Shown here one piece after another: positions 36,118 through 47,167 of a stretch of DNA of 64,000 bases (its first letter is position 1; each line of letters begins with the position of its first letter). The notes beneath the pieces were generated by a model, which was not told the DNA's origin, made no database searches, and worked only from the letters and a program-made list of their open reading frames with translations. A program made the translations under genes and the position numbers. The stretch covers positions 1 through 64,000 of the IMG/VR virus record IMGVR_UViG_3300047510_001118; one strand, 5' to 3'.

Positions 36118-36798
36118 TTATCGTATTTCTGGGAACAGGCATTCTTGGATAAAAATGGCAACATCTTCTTCTGAAAGCCCTAAACTAACCATTACACGCG
36201 GTGTATGCGGGTTTTGTTTTTGATTTTGGGCATAGAAATTCTGTTCGTGTGTACAATCTGCTATAGTGTTATTCGTTTCGTCTACAGTATCTAAGTAGTG
36301 TACGATAGTGTCTTTTGCTAGATTTGTTATTTGTTCTAGTTCTGTTTCATCTTGAACATTTCCAGCCGCTACCATGTGTTTACTAAAAATTCGTTGTGCC
36401 CATTCGGGAAGTTCACGTGGTTTACGCCATTCAAGTTTATTAACTTCGTCAGCAAACCATTGGCACATAGGATGTCCACTGTTTACTGTAGGACTATAAT
36501 CATGAAAACAACCTGTGATTTTATTTTTACCTGCGATAACATCAAACCCGTATATGGGAGCAGGATTATGTATATGTGGGAAAACGCAACAGTGCATCAT
36601 CCAGAGACCCTTTGTGGATCGGGCATCGACTACATCAATATGGGCACGTCGGTATTTGAAACTAGTCCATACTCGATTAACCCAGCCTGGCTGGTTAAAC
36701 CGTTCCATGCCCGGTTCATAAACCTCAATACCTGTGCGATTAAAATTTTCTTCTAGTAACTGCTGGATATTGATTAATGTGTCCCAAACTTGACTCAC
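36118..36798 (-). CDS. ferredoxin-dependent bilin reductase (PcyA/PcyX family)
   Basis: RRAHI, MMHCCVFP, PIYGFD, HDYSP, NPHT; next to heme oxygenase. Confidence 0.85.
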   Translation of the reverse strand: MSQVWDTLINIQQLLEENFNRTGIEVYEPGMERFNQPGWVNRVWTSFKYRRAHIDVVDARSTKGLWMMHCCVFPHIHNPAPIYGFDVIAGKNKITGCFHDYSPTVNSGHPMCQWFADEVNKLEWRKPRELPEWAQRIFSKHMVAAGNVQDETELEQITNLAKDTIVHYLDTVDETNNTIADCTHEQNFYAQNQKQNPHTPRVMVSLGLSEEDVAIFIQECLFPEIR

Positions 36799-37334
36799 TT
36801 AATTAAATCCATCATTTCTTTAAAGAACTCAGTAGCGAATTCAAAACAAACTTTGGCTTCATCTGCCATATCGTCACCGATTTGTTCTCTAATGGCTACT
36901 TTTAATGTTTCAGGGTCACTGAACTGATAATATTTGCCTTGACCTGGGACTCGCTTTGCGATCATTTGCCCACCAGCAAGATCTCCCATGTGGCGAACGT
37001 AAATGTGTGCCATTAGTTTTTTTGGATCATCTTTAATACTCAACACATACTTAATATACCTATCAACTACTGGACACATTGGTGGTGTTGTTCTATCGTC
37101 CCCCCATAGTTCCATAAAGTCATCTAGTATGGCAGGGGCTCTACGTATATCTGGTAACCCGTGTAAGATACCATGAGGCATAGCACAGACCTCTAGTATT
37201 TCGTACATTGGATGTTGATTTTTTAAATAGATAGCATAAAGTTTTGGATCAATACTACCCGAAAATAAAACTTTTACAAACTCTTGTCTTTCTGCGTTTG
37301 TGTGTGCTTCTTTAGTTAATTCTTTTAAACTCAT
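36795..37334 (-). CDS. heme oxygenase
   Basis: LKE.TKEAH..AE, HIYVRHMGDL.GGQ. Confidence 0.9.
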   Translation of the reverse strand: MSLKELTKEAHTNAERQEFVKVLFSGSIDPKLYAIYLKNQHPMYEILEVCAMPHGILHGLPDIRRAPAILDDFMELWGDDRTTPPMCPVVDRYIKYVLSIKDDPKKLMAHIYVRHMGDLAGGQMIAKRVPGQGKYYQFSDPETLKVAIREQIGDDMADEAKVCFEFATEFFKEMMDLIK

Positions 37335-37645
37335 TCTGCGTCCACTTTAATTTGTAAAGGAAATCCTGCTTGGCGAGACAAATGTGTTGCTTCAACACCT
37401 TTTTGTTCAGCAATTTCATATGTATATACACCAACAACTGCCGAGCCTTCATTGTGAATGGTTAAAGTAATTTGTTCCGCAGTTTCTTGGCTGTGTTTGA
37501 AAACAGTTATTAAAAGCTCAATAACGAACTCCATTGGAGTTTTATCGTCGTTTAAGAAAAGAACCTTGTATCGTTTAGGTTCTGAAATCTCAATTTTGAT
37601 CTTTTCATCGATCATCACATTTTCTTGTGTATCAATCGCCGCCAT
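37331..37645 (-). CDS. clpS: N-end rule adaptor ClpS
   Basis: YKVLFLNDDKTPMEFV. Confidence 0.92.
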   Translation of the reverse strand: MAAIDTQENVMIDEKIKIEISEPKRYKVLFLNDDKTPMEFVIELLITVFKHSQETAEQITLTIHNEGSAVVGVYTYEIAEQKGVEATHLSRQAGFPLQIKVDAE

Positions 37646-37704
37646 GATAAATCTCCACTTTCTAATATTTAGTGGGGGATAAATTTATCCCCCGTGTTTT
37701 AGGT

Positions 37705-38136
37705 TTAGCCTTTAATTTCAATAGTTCTAGGTTTCATTGCCTCGGGGATTATACGCTCGATCTGAATTCTAAGCATACCATCTTTAACTTCGGCACCACG
37801 AACTTCCATATACTCTGCTAGAGTAAATGCCTGCTCAAAATCTCGAGCAGCCAAACCTCTATGTAAATACTCTTTGGTTTCATCTATATCAATGGATTTG
37901 TTTCCAGAAATTTTTAATTGATCCCCTTCAACTTCAACATTGATTTCATCTTTATTGAATCCCGCAACTGCTACTTCAATGCCGTAACTATTCTCTTCAT
38001 ATTTTACAATATTGTATGGAGGATAGTTAGTTGTGCGTGTTTCAAAAGTTCGATCGTTAAAAATACGATCAAATCCAACAAGTGCTCTATTTAGATGTGC
38101 TAGAGCGGTAGTGTCAATAGTTCTTAATTGTGTCAT
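37705..38136 (-). CDS. small heat-shock protein Hsp20 (IbpA-like)
   Basis: NYPPYNI, YLHRGLA.R.F. Confidence 0.92.
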   Translation of the reverse strand: MTQLRTIDTTALAHLNRALVGFDRIFNDRTFETRTTNYPPYNIVKYEENSYGIEVAVAGFNKDEINVEVEGDQLKISGNKSIDIDETKEYLHRGLAARDFEQAFTLAEYMEVRGAEVKDGMLRIQIERIIPEAMKPRTIEIKG

Positions 38137-38223
38137 TTATATTTCTCCTTAATTAAGCAAGAATTATATGCGGCCTCACCCAAGCACCGCATAATTTTAT
38201 TTTACTATTTTTCTGTGTCTGTG

Positions 38224-40104
38224 TCAATTCTTTTTGGCTTCAGTAAACTCAGCATCAACAACATCGTTATCAGAGGACGATGTTGTAGCCTCAGCAGTTT
38301 TTGCGGCTAAAATTGGTTGTATAGCCACTGCTAGGTCGCTGGTCTTTTGAACGATGATATCTTTGTCGTCACCCTTGACTGCTTCTAAAACAGCATCACA
38401 GGCTTCTTCAATTTTACCTTTTTGTTCTTCAGTAAGTTTATCTTTTACTTCATCCAAATCTTTTTTAACTGTATGTACCTGTGCTTCAGCAGAATTTCTA
38501 GCGTCAATCAACTCTCGTTGTTTACGATCACTTTCAGCATTGGCTTCTGCTTCTTGAACCATGCGTTCAATTTCTTCCTTACTTAGGCCGCTGTCGCTCT
38601 TGATAGTGATTTGATTTTCTTTGCCGGTGTTTTTATCTTTAGCACTGATTTTCATAATGCCGTTGGCATCAATATCAAATGTAACTTCAATCTGTGGCTG
38701 ACCACGACGTGCTGGAGCAATGCCATCTAACTTAAACTCGCCGAGTAGTTTATTGTATTGGAACAGTTCTCGTTCACCTTGACCAACTTTAATATCCACT
38801 GCTGGCTGATTATCTTCTGCTGTACTAAACACTTGACTAGCCTTGGTAGGGATAGTTGTATTCTTTTGTACAAGTTTAGTAAACACACCGCCCATAGTTT
38901 CAATGCCTAGACTCAATGGTGTTACGTCTAACAATAAAACGTCTGTGCGATCGCCTGCTAGTACACTACCTTGAATAGCCGCACCAACTGCTACTGCTTC
39001 GTCTGGATTAACATCACGACGTGGAGCCTTGCCAAACAGACGTTCAACTTCTTCTTGTACCTTAGGCATACGTGTCTGACCACCGACTAAGATAACTTCG
39101 TCGATGTCAGCGGCTGTTACACCCGCATCTTTCATAGCAATGCGGCAAGGCGCCAATGAACGGTTAATCAAATCTTCAACTAGTGCTTCTAGTTTACTTC
39201 TTGTAATTTTAACAATAAGGTGTTTTGGACCACTGGCATCTGCTGTAATGTATGGTAGGTTGACCTCAGTCTGTGAACTATTTGAAAGTTCAATCTTGGC
39301 TTTTTCTGCGGCATCTTTTAATCTTTGTAGAGCCAGTGTATCAGATTTTAAATCTATACCTTGTTCTTTCTTAAACTCATCAACTAAGAAATCCATGATG
39401 CGTTGATCAAAGTCTTCACCACCTAGGAATGTATCGCCGTTTGTTGACAATACTTCAATTTGTTTATCGCCGTCGACATCAGCAATCTCGATAATAGATA
39501 CGTCAAACGTACCACCACCTAAATCGTATACAGCAATCTTTCGATCCTTTTTATCAGTTTTATCAACACCGTAGGCTAGTGCGGCTGCTGTTGGTTCGTT
39601 GATAATACGCAAGACTTCTAAGCCAGCAATCTGTCCAGCATCTTTGGTAGCCTGGCGTTGTGCGTCATTAAAATATGCTGGTACTGTGATAACTGCTTGA
39701 GTTACTTCGTGACCTAAATAGTCTTCAGCAGTCTTTTTCATCTTGCGAAGAACTTCTGCTGAAATCTGTGGAGGTGCTAGTTCTTTGTCTTGAGCCTTAA
39801 CCCAAGCATCACCGTTTTTTGCTTCGATGATACTGTAAGGTATAAGATCAATTTCTTTTTGTACAGCCTGCTCTTTAAATTTACGACCAATTAGTCGTTT
39901 AGACGCATAGATTGTATTTTTTGGGTTTGTAACCGCTTGACGCTTTGCTGATGCGCCAACTAGAATTTCATCTGAAGTATAGGCGACGATACTGGGTGTA
40001 GTACGGGCACCTTCAGAGTTTTCAATTACTTTGGAATTTCCTGCCTCGATGATAGCCACGCATGAGTTGGTGGTTCCGAGGTCAATACCGATGACTTTGC
40101 TCAT
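38224..40104 (-). CDS. dnaK: chaperone DnaK
   Basis: [18 protein letters not shown]; start corrected. Confidence 0.97.
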   Translation of the reverse strand: MSKVIGIDLGTTNSCVAIIEAGNSKVIENSEGARTTPSIVAYTSDEILVGASAKRQAVTNPKNTIYASKRLIGRKFKEQAVQKEIDLIPYSIIEAKNGDAWVKAQDKELAPPQISAEVLRKMKKTAEDYLGHEVTQAVITVPAYFNDAQRQATKDAGQIAGLEVLRIINEPTAAALAYGVDKTDKKDRKIAVYDLGGGTFDVSIIEIADVDGDKQIEVLSTNGDTFLGGEDFDQRIMDFLVDEFKKEQGIDLKSDTLALQRLKDAAEKAKIELSNSSQTEVNLPYITADASGPKHLIVKITRSKLEALVEDLINRSLAPCRIAMKDAGVTAADIDEVILVGGQTRMPKVQEEVERLFGKAPRRDVNPDEAVAVGAAIQGSVLAGDRTDVLLLDVTPLSLGIETMGGVFTKLVQKNTTIPTKASQVFSTAEDNQPAVDIKVGQGERELFQYNKLLGEFKLDGIAPARRGQPQIEVTFDIDANGIMKISAKDKNTGKENQITIKSDSGLSKEEIERMVQEAEANAESDRKQRELIDARNSAEAQVHTVKKDLDEVKDKLTEEQKGKIEEACDAVLEAVKGDDKDIIVQKTSDLAVAIQPILAAKTAEATTSSSDNDVVDAEFTEAKKN

Positions 40105-40185
40105 ATTGTTATCTCCTTTAATTAAGCAAGATTTAAGTTTGGGCAACTGCCCGTTTATAGGACCCGAAGCATCCTACAATTTTAT

Positions 40186-41205
40186 TTATCTCAGAAATAC
40201 GTCATTTACTTGTCTATTGACACGAATAAATGTTGTACACTTTGATAACTGTTTTAAACTAGGCGCACCCACGTATGTACAGGCACTACGTAAACCGCCC
40301 AATAAATCTAACACTGTGTTTTGTACAGAACCTTTATAGGGTATTTCTACTGTACGTCCTTCACTGCTACGATAATTTGCTACACCACCACTATGTTTAT
40401 TCATAGCAGTATCTGAGCTCATACCGTAGAATATAACTTTTCCGTTTTCTACGGTTCCGCCACCTTGGTCGTGCCCTGCCAACATTCCGCCAAGCATGAC
40501 GAAGTCTGCGCCTGCTCCAAATGCCTTAGCCACATCGCCTGGGCAAGTACAACCACCATCAGCAATAATATGGGCGCCGAGACCGTGCGCCGCATCAGCG
40601 CATTCAATGATCGCAGAAAGTTGCGGGTAGCCAACCCCAGTTTGTATCCTAGTCGTACATACCGATCCCGGTCCAATTCCAACTTTGACAATGTCTGCTC
40701 CTCTTAAAATTAATTCTTGTGTCATGTCAGCAGTGACAACGTTACCAGCAATAATAGTTGCGTGTGGATATGTTGATCTAACTTTACTAACGAAGTCTCC
40801 AAAATGTTCACTGTATCCGTTGGCCACATCAATACAGATAAACCGTATTTCGGGATAAGAATTAACTATTTGTCGTAATTTTAGGAAATCCTTATCGCCG
40901 GTACCTGTACTGACAGCAAAATGATCGCCGCCAAAATGTCCTACGAAATTGAACAGATCTTCCTCGTCATAGTTTTTAACAAGGCAAGTAAACATCTGAT
41001 GCTCATACAGAGCCTTGGCCATTCCTATAGTTCCGACGCCATCCATGTTGGCGGCCATTATAGGAACTCCAGTCCATTCTGCTTTGCTGTGTTTAAATTT
41101 GTAAGTGCGAGTTAAGTTTACTTCTTTGCGACTTGAAAGTGTACTACGTTTTGGTCGAATTAATACATCCTTGAAGTCTAGTTTGACTTCGTCTTCGATA
41201 CGCAT
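40186..41205 (-). CDS. guaC: GMP reductase
   Basis: [17 protein letters not shown], GuaC type 1 N-terminus. Confidence 0.93.
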   Translation of the reverse strand: MRIEDEVKLDFKDVLIRPKRSTLSSRKEVNLTRTYKFKHSKAEWTGVPIMAANMDGVGTIGMAKALYEHQMFTCLVKNYDEEDLFNFVGHFGGDHFAVSTGTGDKDFLKLRQIVNSYPEIRFICIDVANGYSEHFGDFVSKVRSTYPHATIIAGNVVTADMTQELILRGADIVKVGIGPGSVCTTRIQTGVGYPQLSAIIECADAAHGLGAHIIADGGCTCPGDVAKAFGAGADFVMLGGMLAGHDQGGGTVENGKVIFYGMSSDTAMNKHSGGVANYRSSEGRTVEIPYKGSVQNTVLDLLGGLRSACTYVGAPSLKQLSKCTTFIRVNRQVNDVFLR

Positions 41206-41217
41206 TTGATACCTTTC

Positions 41218-41457
41218 TTAGAATAACTTAGGTGGTAAAGCCTGTTTGGCTAACTCTTTTTTCCAACGATTCTTAGCCGCAGATTTTTTACGTTTGCGTT
41301 CTGTTGTTGGTTTTTCGTAAAACTCGCGATCACGTAATTCTTGTAAAAGACCGCTGTCCTGAATTTTTTTCTTAAAACGTCTAAGAGCACGTTCAACAGG
41401 TTCGCCCTCCTTGACGTATACTGTACTACCATTAAACTGATTTTTATGATCTCTCAT
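41218..41457 (-). CDS. rpsU: 30S ribosomal protein bS21
   Basis: ALRRFKKK...[14 protein letters not shown]. Confidence 0.93.
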   Translation of the reverse strand: MRDHKNQFNGSTVYVKEGEPVERALRRFKKKIQDSGLLQELRDREFYEKPTTERKRKKSAAKNRWKKELAKQALPPKLF

Positions 41458-41839
41458 CTACTTCCTCTTTTAAGTTTGGAAAATCGTAAAAGCGATTTTT
41501 ATTTAAAAGTGTCCAATCGCTTTTCATATTCAAACATCTATAATATGTATTAGGTAAGCTCAAAATATAGGATAAGAAGTGATTTACATCTTCAGACAAA
41601 TTATCTATATCAACAATTATATAATCTACCATTTTGGCTGTAGATAACAGCCATTTTATATCTTTTTCTGTACCAGTATAAATGTAGATGTTTATGTGAT
41701 CTTCTAATTCAACCGCATAGTTTTCTATTTTTTCTTTTGTATCCTGCGACGGAGTTATTACTAAAATAGAATGAGATTGATCAAAAATTATATCAGGGGC
41801 TGTAATTACTTTGATTTTTTTTGTTGAATTCTCTGCCAT
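41444..41839 (-). CDS. hypothetical protein
   Basis: ORF in operon. Confidence 0.7.
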   Translation of the reverse strand: MAENSTKKIKVITAPDIIFDQSHSILVITPSQDTKEKIENYAVELEDHINIYIYTGTEKDIKWLLSTAKMVDYIIVDIDNLSEDVNHFLSYILSLPNTYYRCLNMKSDWTLLNKNRFYDFPNLKEEVDERS

Positions 41840-41876
41840 AATGTCTGTGTGTCTTGTTCAGAATTTTGGACGTATC

Positions 41877-43241
41877 CTAACTGTCCTTGGTCTTCTGAAT
41901 CTGATGATCCCCTTGCTTGATTATGTAGGTTGTCTTTTTTTTTGATTCTTCTTGTTGCTGTTCTTCTGCCCACTTCTTAGCCTCGGCTACTGGGTCCACT
42001 TCTTCTTGCTTGTTAAAATCTTGATCCCACGGTAATACTTTAATTTCACCAGCATCAAAGGCACGTTGTATTTCATATATATCAGCATCATGATTTTTAT
42101 CTCTCCATTGTTGGAGAGCATCAGTCCATTCTACATTGGCTAATACTTTTTCTTTTTCAACGGCTTTTTCGGCCTCTTCGATCATTTTGTTCCACTGATC
42201 TAATGGTAGGTCTTCTACTACTTCTTGAGGCTTATCTTCCCAGGGTTTTCCTTCTGGGTATAGATCTTTCTCTTCTGCTAAAAATTTAAAATCTTCTTCT
42301 TCTTTTTTAGGCTCTGTTATTTCCTGCTGTTTTGGAAATGGCCATAACGCACTTGTAAATGGCCAAGAACTTTGTTTAGTGTCTTCTTGATCTTTTACAT
42401 TTTCTAATTCGTAAAGGTCACTAGACATTTCTTGATTGTCTTCTTGAGGGGTTTCTTCTTTTTGCTGACGGAACCATTGGAAACTGTACTGACTGGCCAA
42501 TAACAGAATAACAGCCAATGGATCAAATACAATAACAATAATAATGATTACCCAAGTTACTGCTTTTTCTAATATATTAGCATCTGGGTTATCACCGTAG
42601 ATAAAATTAGCAATATATTTTATTGGACCAACTTCTGCTTCCACCTTGCGTACTTCAGCGGCGATGGGTGTCCGTTCTTCGCTAAGTTGACTAATTGTTT
42701 TCTGTTCGGCGGCAATCTCAGAAAGTAATCTAGAGCGTTCTTTGGCCTGCCCTCTACGTAACGCAACTGCCTTGTCCGCACCTTTTTCGTCTGTGCTTCG
42801 ACCCATAACTTGGTCCACAGCCTCATCCATTTGTTTGAGTGCTTTGCGATTAGCATCTATATTGTCCTTTGCTGTCTTTATCTTTTCATCATATACGGCA
42901 ATCTTACTTTGTACATCGCCGCTGACTAAACTTTGATCGCTGTGTGCTTTACTTAGGAATCCAAAAATACCCATCGAAGTAATGAGCATCAATATAGCAA
43001 TAGCGGCTAGTAGATAACCTCTAATAAAGTTAGGTGCTCTAGACCAATTTTGTTTTAACCAAACAGTAGCGGCTAGTTTACTAACTTCTAAGGCCACGCC
43101 CATAACGATGATGGGAATAACTGCCGCAGAGAAAATGGCCACTAGGCCTGCTACGCTGTAGTAAATGGCTACAGCGGATATTGTTAATCCGCTGAATAAT
43201 GTTAGCCACGCTATTAATTTGTCGCTGGTTTCATATCGCAT
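41877..43241 (-). CDS. membrane protein with coiled coil and acidic tail
   Basis: Three N-terminal TM segments plus one later TM. Confidence 0.75.
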   Translation of the reverse strand: MRYETSDKLIAWLTLFSGLTISAVAIYYSVAGLVAIFSAAVIPIIVMGVALEVSKLAATVWLKQNWSRAPNFIRGYLLAAIAILMLITSMGIFGFLSKAHSDQSLVSGDVQSKIAVYDEKIKTAKDNIDANRKALKQMDEAVDQVMGRSTDEKGADKAVALRRGQAKERSRLLSEIAAEQKTISQLSEERTPIAAEVRKVEAEVGPIKYIANFIYGDNPDANILEKAVTWVIIIIVIVFDPLAVILLLASQYSFQWFRQQKEETPQEDNQEMSSDLYELENVKDQEDTKQSSWPFTSALWPFPKQQEITEPKKEEEDFKFLAEEKDLYPEGKPWEDKPQEVVEDLPLDQWNKMIEEAEKAVEKEKVLANVEWTDALQQWRDKNHDADIYEIQRAFDAGEIKVLPWDQDFNKQEEVDPVAEAKKWAEEQQQEESKKKTTYIIKQGDHQIQKTKDS

Positions 43242-43251
43242 AATTTAATAT

Positions 43252-43710
43252 TTATCGACGACTAAATGTCCAAAACTGACTATCTATTGTACGACATCCT
43301 ACTTCTTCGTACTCCCTTTCGTGCTCGCCCTTTTTAATTAAAGACACTAACTTGCGGCAGTGTCCTCCCTGAACCATCCAGGTCATTAATGGCTTAATTT
43401 TGCCTGATGTTTCTTCTCCAGAATTATACCATTCTACAATCTGTCCATCTTCGGCATTTTCTAGAGCATAGATTACTGCTCCAATATGTTTGTCACGATC
43501 TCTTCGATTAAGAGCACCGTCCCAGGATTTAAAAATGTTTACCAAAACAGTAATTCCACTATTTGGTGTTTCGTAATCATTCCTAACCCCACCGGTAGCA
43601 CTTAAAGGAACGTTGACTGGACCAGCCAACACCTCACATGTTTTGAGGATCAGGAATGTAGATAATACGACCAGGGCGATGTGTTTCACAAGCAATTCCT
43701 CTCCTCTCAA
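43252..43710 (-). CDS. 17-kDa surface-antigen-like protein
   Basis: ALE..DG..V.W.N, CR...GCR...W. Confidence 0.6.
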   Translation of the reverse strand: MRGEELLVKHIALVVLSTFLILKTCEVLAGPVNVPLSATGGVRNDYETPNSGITVLVNIFKSWDGALNRRDRDKHIGAVIYALENAEDGQIVEWYNSGEETSGKIKPLMTWMVQGGHCRKLVSLIKKGEHEREYEEVGCRTIDSQFWTFSRR

Positions 43711-43990
43711 CTACTCTACCGTTGAGAACATATTGGTTTATAGTTTCTTGACAGTTACGATCAACTCCTGCTCTTGCCGGAACATGGCGATCTAAAAAGT
43801 CATCTGAACATTTAACAACAGTCTTTGAGTCTACTTGTTTTCCATTTTGTACTTCGACAGTTTGGCTAGTGTTACAAAACTGTGCTGTCTTTTTTGGAGG
43901 AGTAGAACTACATCCTGATATGGCAATAATTATAAACAGTGTAATTATTACCAACCAGAGATAATTTTTTACTGTGTAAGAATGTTTCAT
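43634..43990 (-). CDS. lipoprotein
   Basis: ISGC lipobox. Confidence 0.7.
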   Translation of the reverse strand: MKHSYTVKNYLWLVIITLFIIIAISGCSSTPPKKTAQFCNTSQTVEVQNGKQVDSKTVVKCSDDFLDRHVPARAGVDRNCQETINQYVLNGRVVERRGIACETHRPGRIIYIPDPQNM

Positions 43991-44457
43991 TACTGTGCGG
44001 CTCGATTTTTAAGAGCATTAAAACCTTCTTCAGTCATCTTCAAACGAACATAAGTGTAATACTGTCCGTTGTAAATGTATTGATACTTTTTAGATTCAAG
44101 TTGATTTTGAATTAATGTATTGCCTGTAGAAGTTTCAACTTTGGAATGTGTAGATTTACGTTCGTCAATAAATTCTACTTTGGTTAGAGAATTTACACGA
44201 CTACCAATTCGTTTAGCAAAACTGTCTAAAGCAAACGCATCGGCTTGAAGTTCGGATGCCTGAGCAAATTGGCTAACACCCATACCGCAGGAGTAGACAA
44301 AACCTTCTCTAGCCCAGAACCAACCTTCTTTACCACGTTGTTCGCAGTCAGCATACCAAGTAGGCTGTGCCGCAGTCTTACGGGTTTCAACTTCTTTAAC
44401 TGACGCACAACCAACCAAGGTTGCGACCAGTGGAGCAATAATAAGAGCCTTTTTCAT
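43990..44457 (-). CDS. lipoprotein (LPP20-like)
   Basis: LVGC lipobox, P.WY. Confidence 0.7.
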   Translation of the reverse strand: MKKALIIAPLVATLVGCASVKEVETRKTAAQPTWYADCEQRGKEGWFWAREGFVYSCGMGVSQFAQASELQADAFALDSFAKRIGSRVNSLTKVEFIDERKSTHSKVETSTGNTLIQNQLESKKYQYIYNGQYYTYVRLKMTEEGFNALKNRAAQ

Positions 44458-44498
44458 AATGTGCCTTTCTGTGTGTCAAACAATTTACGACAGTTAAA

Positions 44499-44527
44499 AG
44501 TATAACACCACCCGTAGGTGGTGTCAA
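44499..44527 (-). promoter_or_regulatory. sigma70 promoter with hairpin spacer
   Basis: TTGACACCACCTACGGGTGGTGTTATACT. Confidence 0.7.
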
Positions 44528-44545
44528 GTGGTTTGGCAATCGAAA

Positions 44546-44848
44546 TTACTTAAAGAATATCAAAGCCATCATAACGGCCTGGATAATAAATCCAAAACCA
44601 ATAGTTACCAAATTTAACATATCTTTTTGGACTGCGGCCTTAACAAATAGTAGAGCCAAACCTGTCCAAACTAAAAGAACAAGATCAACACCTGGAAGTC
44701 TATCTGTGAGTCCAGACATCACAGCCAAAAGACTGGGAATAGTTGAAGCGTGTAAAACTAGTACAGCAATCCAACCAAATGTTTCGGCTGAAATATGTCC
44801 AATTTTAGACTTAAAAAAATCTTTTAGTTGATTGATATTTTGTATCAT
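44546..44848 (-). CDS. 3-TM membrane protein
   Basis: Hydrophobic; directly follows the cell-wall hydrolase. Confidence 0.7.
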   Translation of the reverse strand: MIQNINQLKDFFKSKIGHISAETFGWIAVLVLHASTIPSLLAVMSGLTDRLPGVDLVLLVWTGLALLFVKAAVQKDMLNLVTIGFGFIIQAVMMALIFFK

Positions 44849-45393
44849 ATGCGTTTCTCTCTGTAAAAAATATGTTGTCCAATTTTTCCTATTTTTTCAA
44901 GTTTCCACTGCGGATTAACGTAGGTGGCATGATAATATAGAGCATCTTTGAGAATGTCCAATCTGAATTCTTCGAGAAGAACTTTTTTAGCAACTGCATA
45001 ACTTTCATTGTATGCCTCCTTATTAATAGGTCTATTTTTATGTACAGAATCACATGCCCATGAGAATTGGCATACAACTTTTTCCATAATTATATTTTTT
45101 TGATAGACTACACCGCAAACATCTTGACCAAATTTTCCTGCGGCTACTCGATTCATCGTTACCTGTGCTACTGCTACTTTACCTTCAAAGGGCTCGTAGC
45201 CGGCTTCTCGATAAATGTTAATAGCAAGGCAGTCCAGTTGTTTTTCTCGAGTTTTAATACTTACAACATCGGAACTATAAACACCTGCTGATTCTTTAAG
45301 ACTAGCAAATTTCTTTAAGGTTACAGTTTGGACCAGCATGACTACGGCTATAAATCCAGCCAAACATAAACCTAATCTTAACAATTTTTCCAT
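44845..45393 (-). CDS. SleB-like cell wall hydrolase (Hydrolase_2)
   Basis: CLA.NIY.EA..E, VAQV..NR, CQFSW, IG.HIFY. Confidence 0.9.
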   Translation of the reverse strand: MEKLLRLGLCLAGFIAVVMLVQTVTLKKFASLKESAGVYSSDVVSIKTREKQLDCLAINIYREAGYEPFEGKVAVAQVTMNRVAAGKFGQDVCGVVYQKNIIMEKVVCQFSWACDSVHKNRPINKEAYNESYAVAKKVLLEEFRLDILKDALYYHATYVNPQWKLEKIGKIGQHIFYREKRI

Positions 45394-45447
45394 ATTGTTT
45401 TCTCCTTTCATTTGGTGTGATTCAAAAATCAAATCACATTACATTAA

Positions 45448-45650
45448 GGGAGTAAACTTCACGAGGCTCATTGAAAGAACCCTGGGTTCGTGTAGTTTGT
45501 CTCCATTGGACGCACAATCTCATAACTTGTGTGCCTTTGGCGAACTTGACCGCCCGAATCTCACGGGTTTCTCATAGGCCAAGACTCGCAGGACTGTTTC
45601 TGCTTGTGACATACTTTGGTCCAACTATCTTAGTTTCTTTGCGAAACGTA
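45448..45650 (-). ncRNA. structured 5' leader RNA of the cell wall hydrolase
   Basis: Multi-stem junction closed by TTGGAC/GTCCAA, plus a long hairpin. Confidence 0.55.
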
Positions 45651-45694
45651 TAATATATAGTTCATCTTTCATATTATAGCACGAAAATCGGTGA

Positions 45695-46093
45695 TTATCG
45701 ACGCATTTTGGAAATATCCACCGCCTCTTCATTACTAAAAATTGGAACAGCGTTACTTTTGTGCATAGTTCCAATGCCTTTAATCATTGTGCCTGTATAA
45801 ACTTTGTCTGGTGCTTTAACGCACGGTCCACCTGTAAATGGCAGACTTCCAATCTTTGGAGTTTCTCTACGATACGGTTCTGATTTAGGTACATAGTAAC
45901 TAGATTCGAGAGCCCGTTTTCGTTTACGTTCTTCTGCTTCAACACCCCATCTTTTCTGTAGGGCTTTCCAAGATTCCTCTTGTTCTCTAGCCTTTTTTGC
46001 CTGTTCAGCGTTGCGAAACTTCTGTTTGCCTTTTTTCTTGCCAGTGGTACTGAGCCACGGGCCTTCAAGATGCATACTCAAAGTATTCTCCAA
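45695..46093 (-). CDS. conserved T4-like phage protein (MHKSNAVP motif)
   Basis: C-terminal YTG...GIGTMHKSNAVP; own sigma70 promoter at 46112-46140. Confidence 0.75.
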   Translation of the reverse strand: MENTLSMHLEGPWLSTTGKKKGKQKFRNAEQAKKAREQEESWKALQKRWGVEAEERKRKRALESSYYVPKSEPYRRETPKIGSLPFTGGPCVKAPDKVYTGTMIKGIGTMHKSNAVPIFSNEEAVDISKMRR

Positions 46094-46145
46094 AAAAGTT
46101 AATATAGGATTAGTTTACAACAGATTTTGGTTTTTGTCAAGAACA

Positions 46146-46472
46146 TTAATACCAATGTTCTGCTACCAATTCGAGAAGATCATCTAGATCATAATTTTTA
46201 TATTGTGGAGATAACTCAAATATGTCATCTGTCATGCTGTCCCAATCTTTGATGCCCAAAAGTTCCATAGCATCTCTTATTCCAATTGGTTCTCCTCGCA
46301 TATGACTTACCCAAACTACAGTCATCATAGAGCAGGCGAATACTGCTTGATCATTGTATATTCCTCTTTCTTCGCACCATTCTATAGTACGTAAAAGGTA
46401 ATATTCAATATCTTCAATTCTATTTTCTAATTGAGCGACCCATTCTTTGGTCTGATCTCTAGTCCAACTCAT
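46146..46472 (-). CDS. hypothetical protein
   Basis: ORF in operon. Confidence 0.7.
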   Translation of the reverse strand: MSWTRDQTKEWVAQLENRIEDIEYYLLRTIEWCEERGIYNDQAVFACSMMTVVWVSHMRGEPIGIRDAMELLGIKDWDSMTDDIFELSPQYKNYDLDDLLELVAEHWY

Positions 46473-46793
46473 TTATACTCTAAATGATTCACCGCACCCG
46501 CAACGATCACGCTCATTTGGATTAGTAAAGTCAAATCCTTCATTTAATCCTTTTTTAACCCATTCTACCTGTACACCATCCAAATATGCTAGACTTTTTG
46601 GATCAACAAATAAATGGACACCGTGACTGACAAAACTCATATCTTCAGTGTTTGGTTCGTCAACAAATTCTATTGCGTAGGCCATTCCACTACAGCCTGT
46701 GGTCTTAACGCCCAGTCTGATTCCTAGACCCTTGCCTCGACGCTCTAATGTTGTTTTAACTCGCTCTGCGGCTTGTTCAGACAGCGTTATCAT
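46473..46793 (-). CDS. iscA: A-type Fe-S carrier IscA
   Basis: GCSG, CGCGESF. Confidence 0.93.
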   Translation of the reverse strand: MITLSEQAAERVKTTLERRGKGLGIRLGVKTTGCSGMAYAIEFVDEPNTEDMSFVSHGVHLFVDPKSLAYLDGVQVEWVKKGLNEGFDFTNPNERDRCGCGESFRV

Positions 46794-47166
46794 GTTTGGC
46801 CTTGTAATCGTTTATTGCCGCTTTGATAGCATCCTCTGCCAATATTGAACAGTGAATCTTAACGGGCGGTAACGCAAGTTCCTCAGCAATATCTGAGTTT
46901 TTGATTTCGGTCGCCTGATCCAGTGTGCGCCCCTTGAGCCACTCTGTAGCGAGGCTAGAACTAGCAATAGCACTACCACAACCATACGTCTTAAACTTCG
47001 CATCTGTTATAACGCCATCCTCGTTTACTTTGATTTGTAATTTCATAACGTCACCACAAGCAGGTGCCCCAACCATACCAGTTCCAACATCAGTATCGTT
47101 CTTGTCAAATGCTCCTACATTACGTGGATTTTCATAATGATCTATAACTTTTTCAGAATAAGCCAT
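46777..47166 (-). CDS. iscU: Fe-S scaffold IscU
   Basis: [15 protein letters not shown]. Confidence 0.95.
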   Translation of the reverse strand: MAYSEKVIDHYENPRNVGAFDKNDTDVGTGMVGAPACGDVMKLQIKVNEDGVITDAKFKTYGCGSAIASSSLATEWLKGRTLDQATEIKNSDIAEELALPPVKIHCSILAEDAIKAAINDYKAKHDNAV

Positions 47167-47167
47167 T

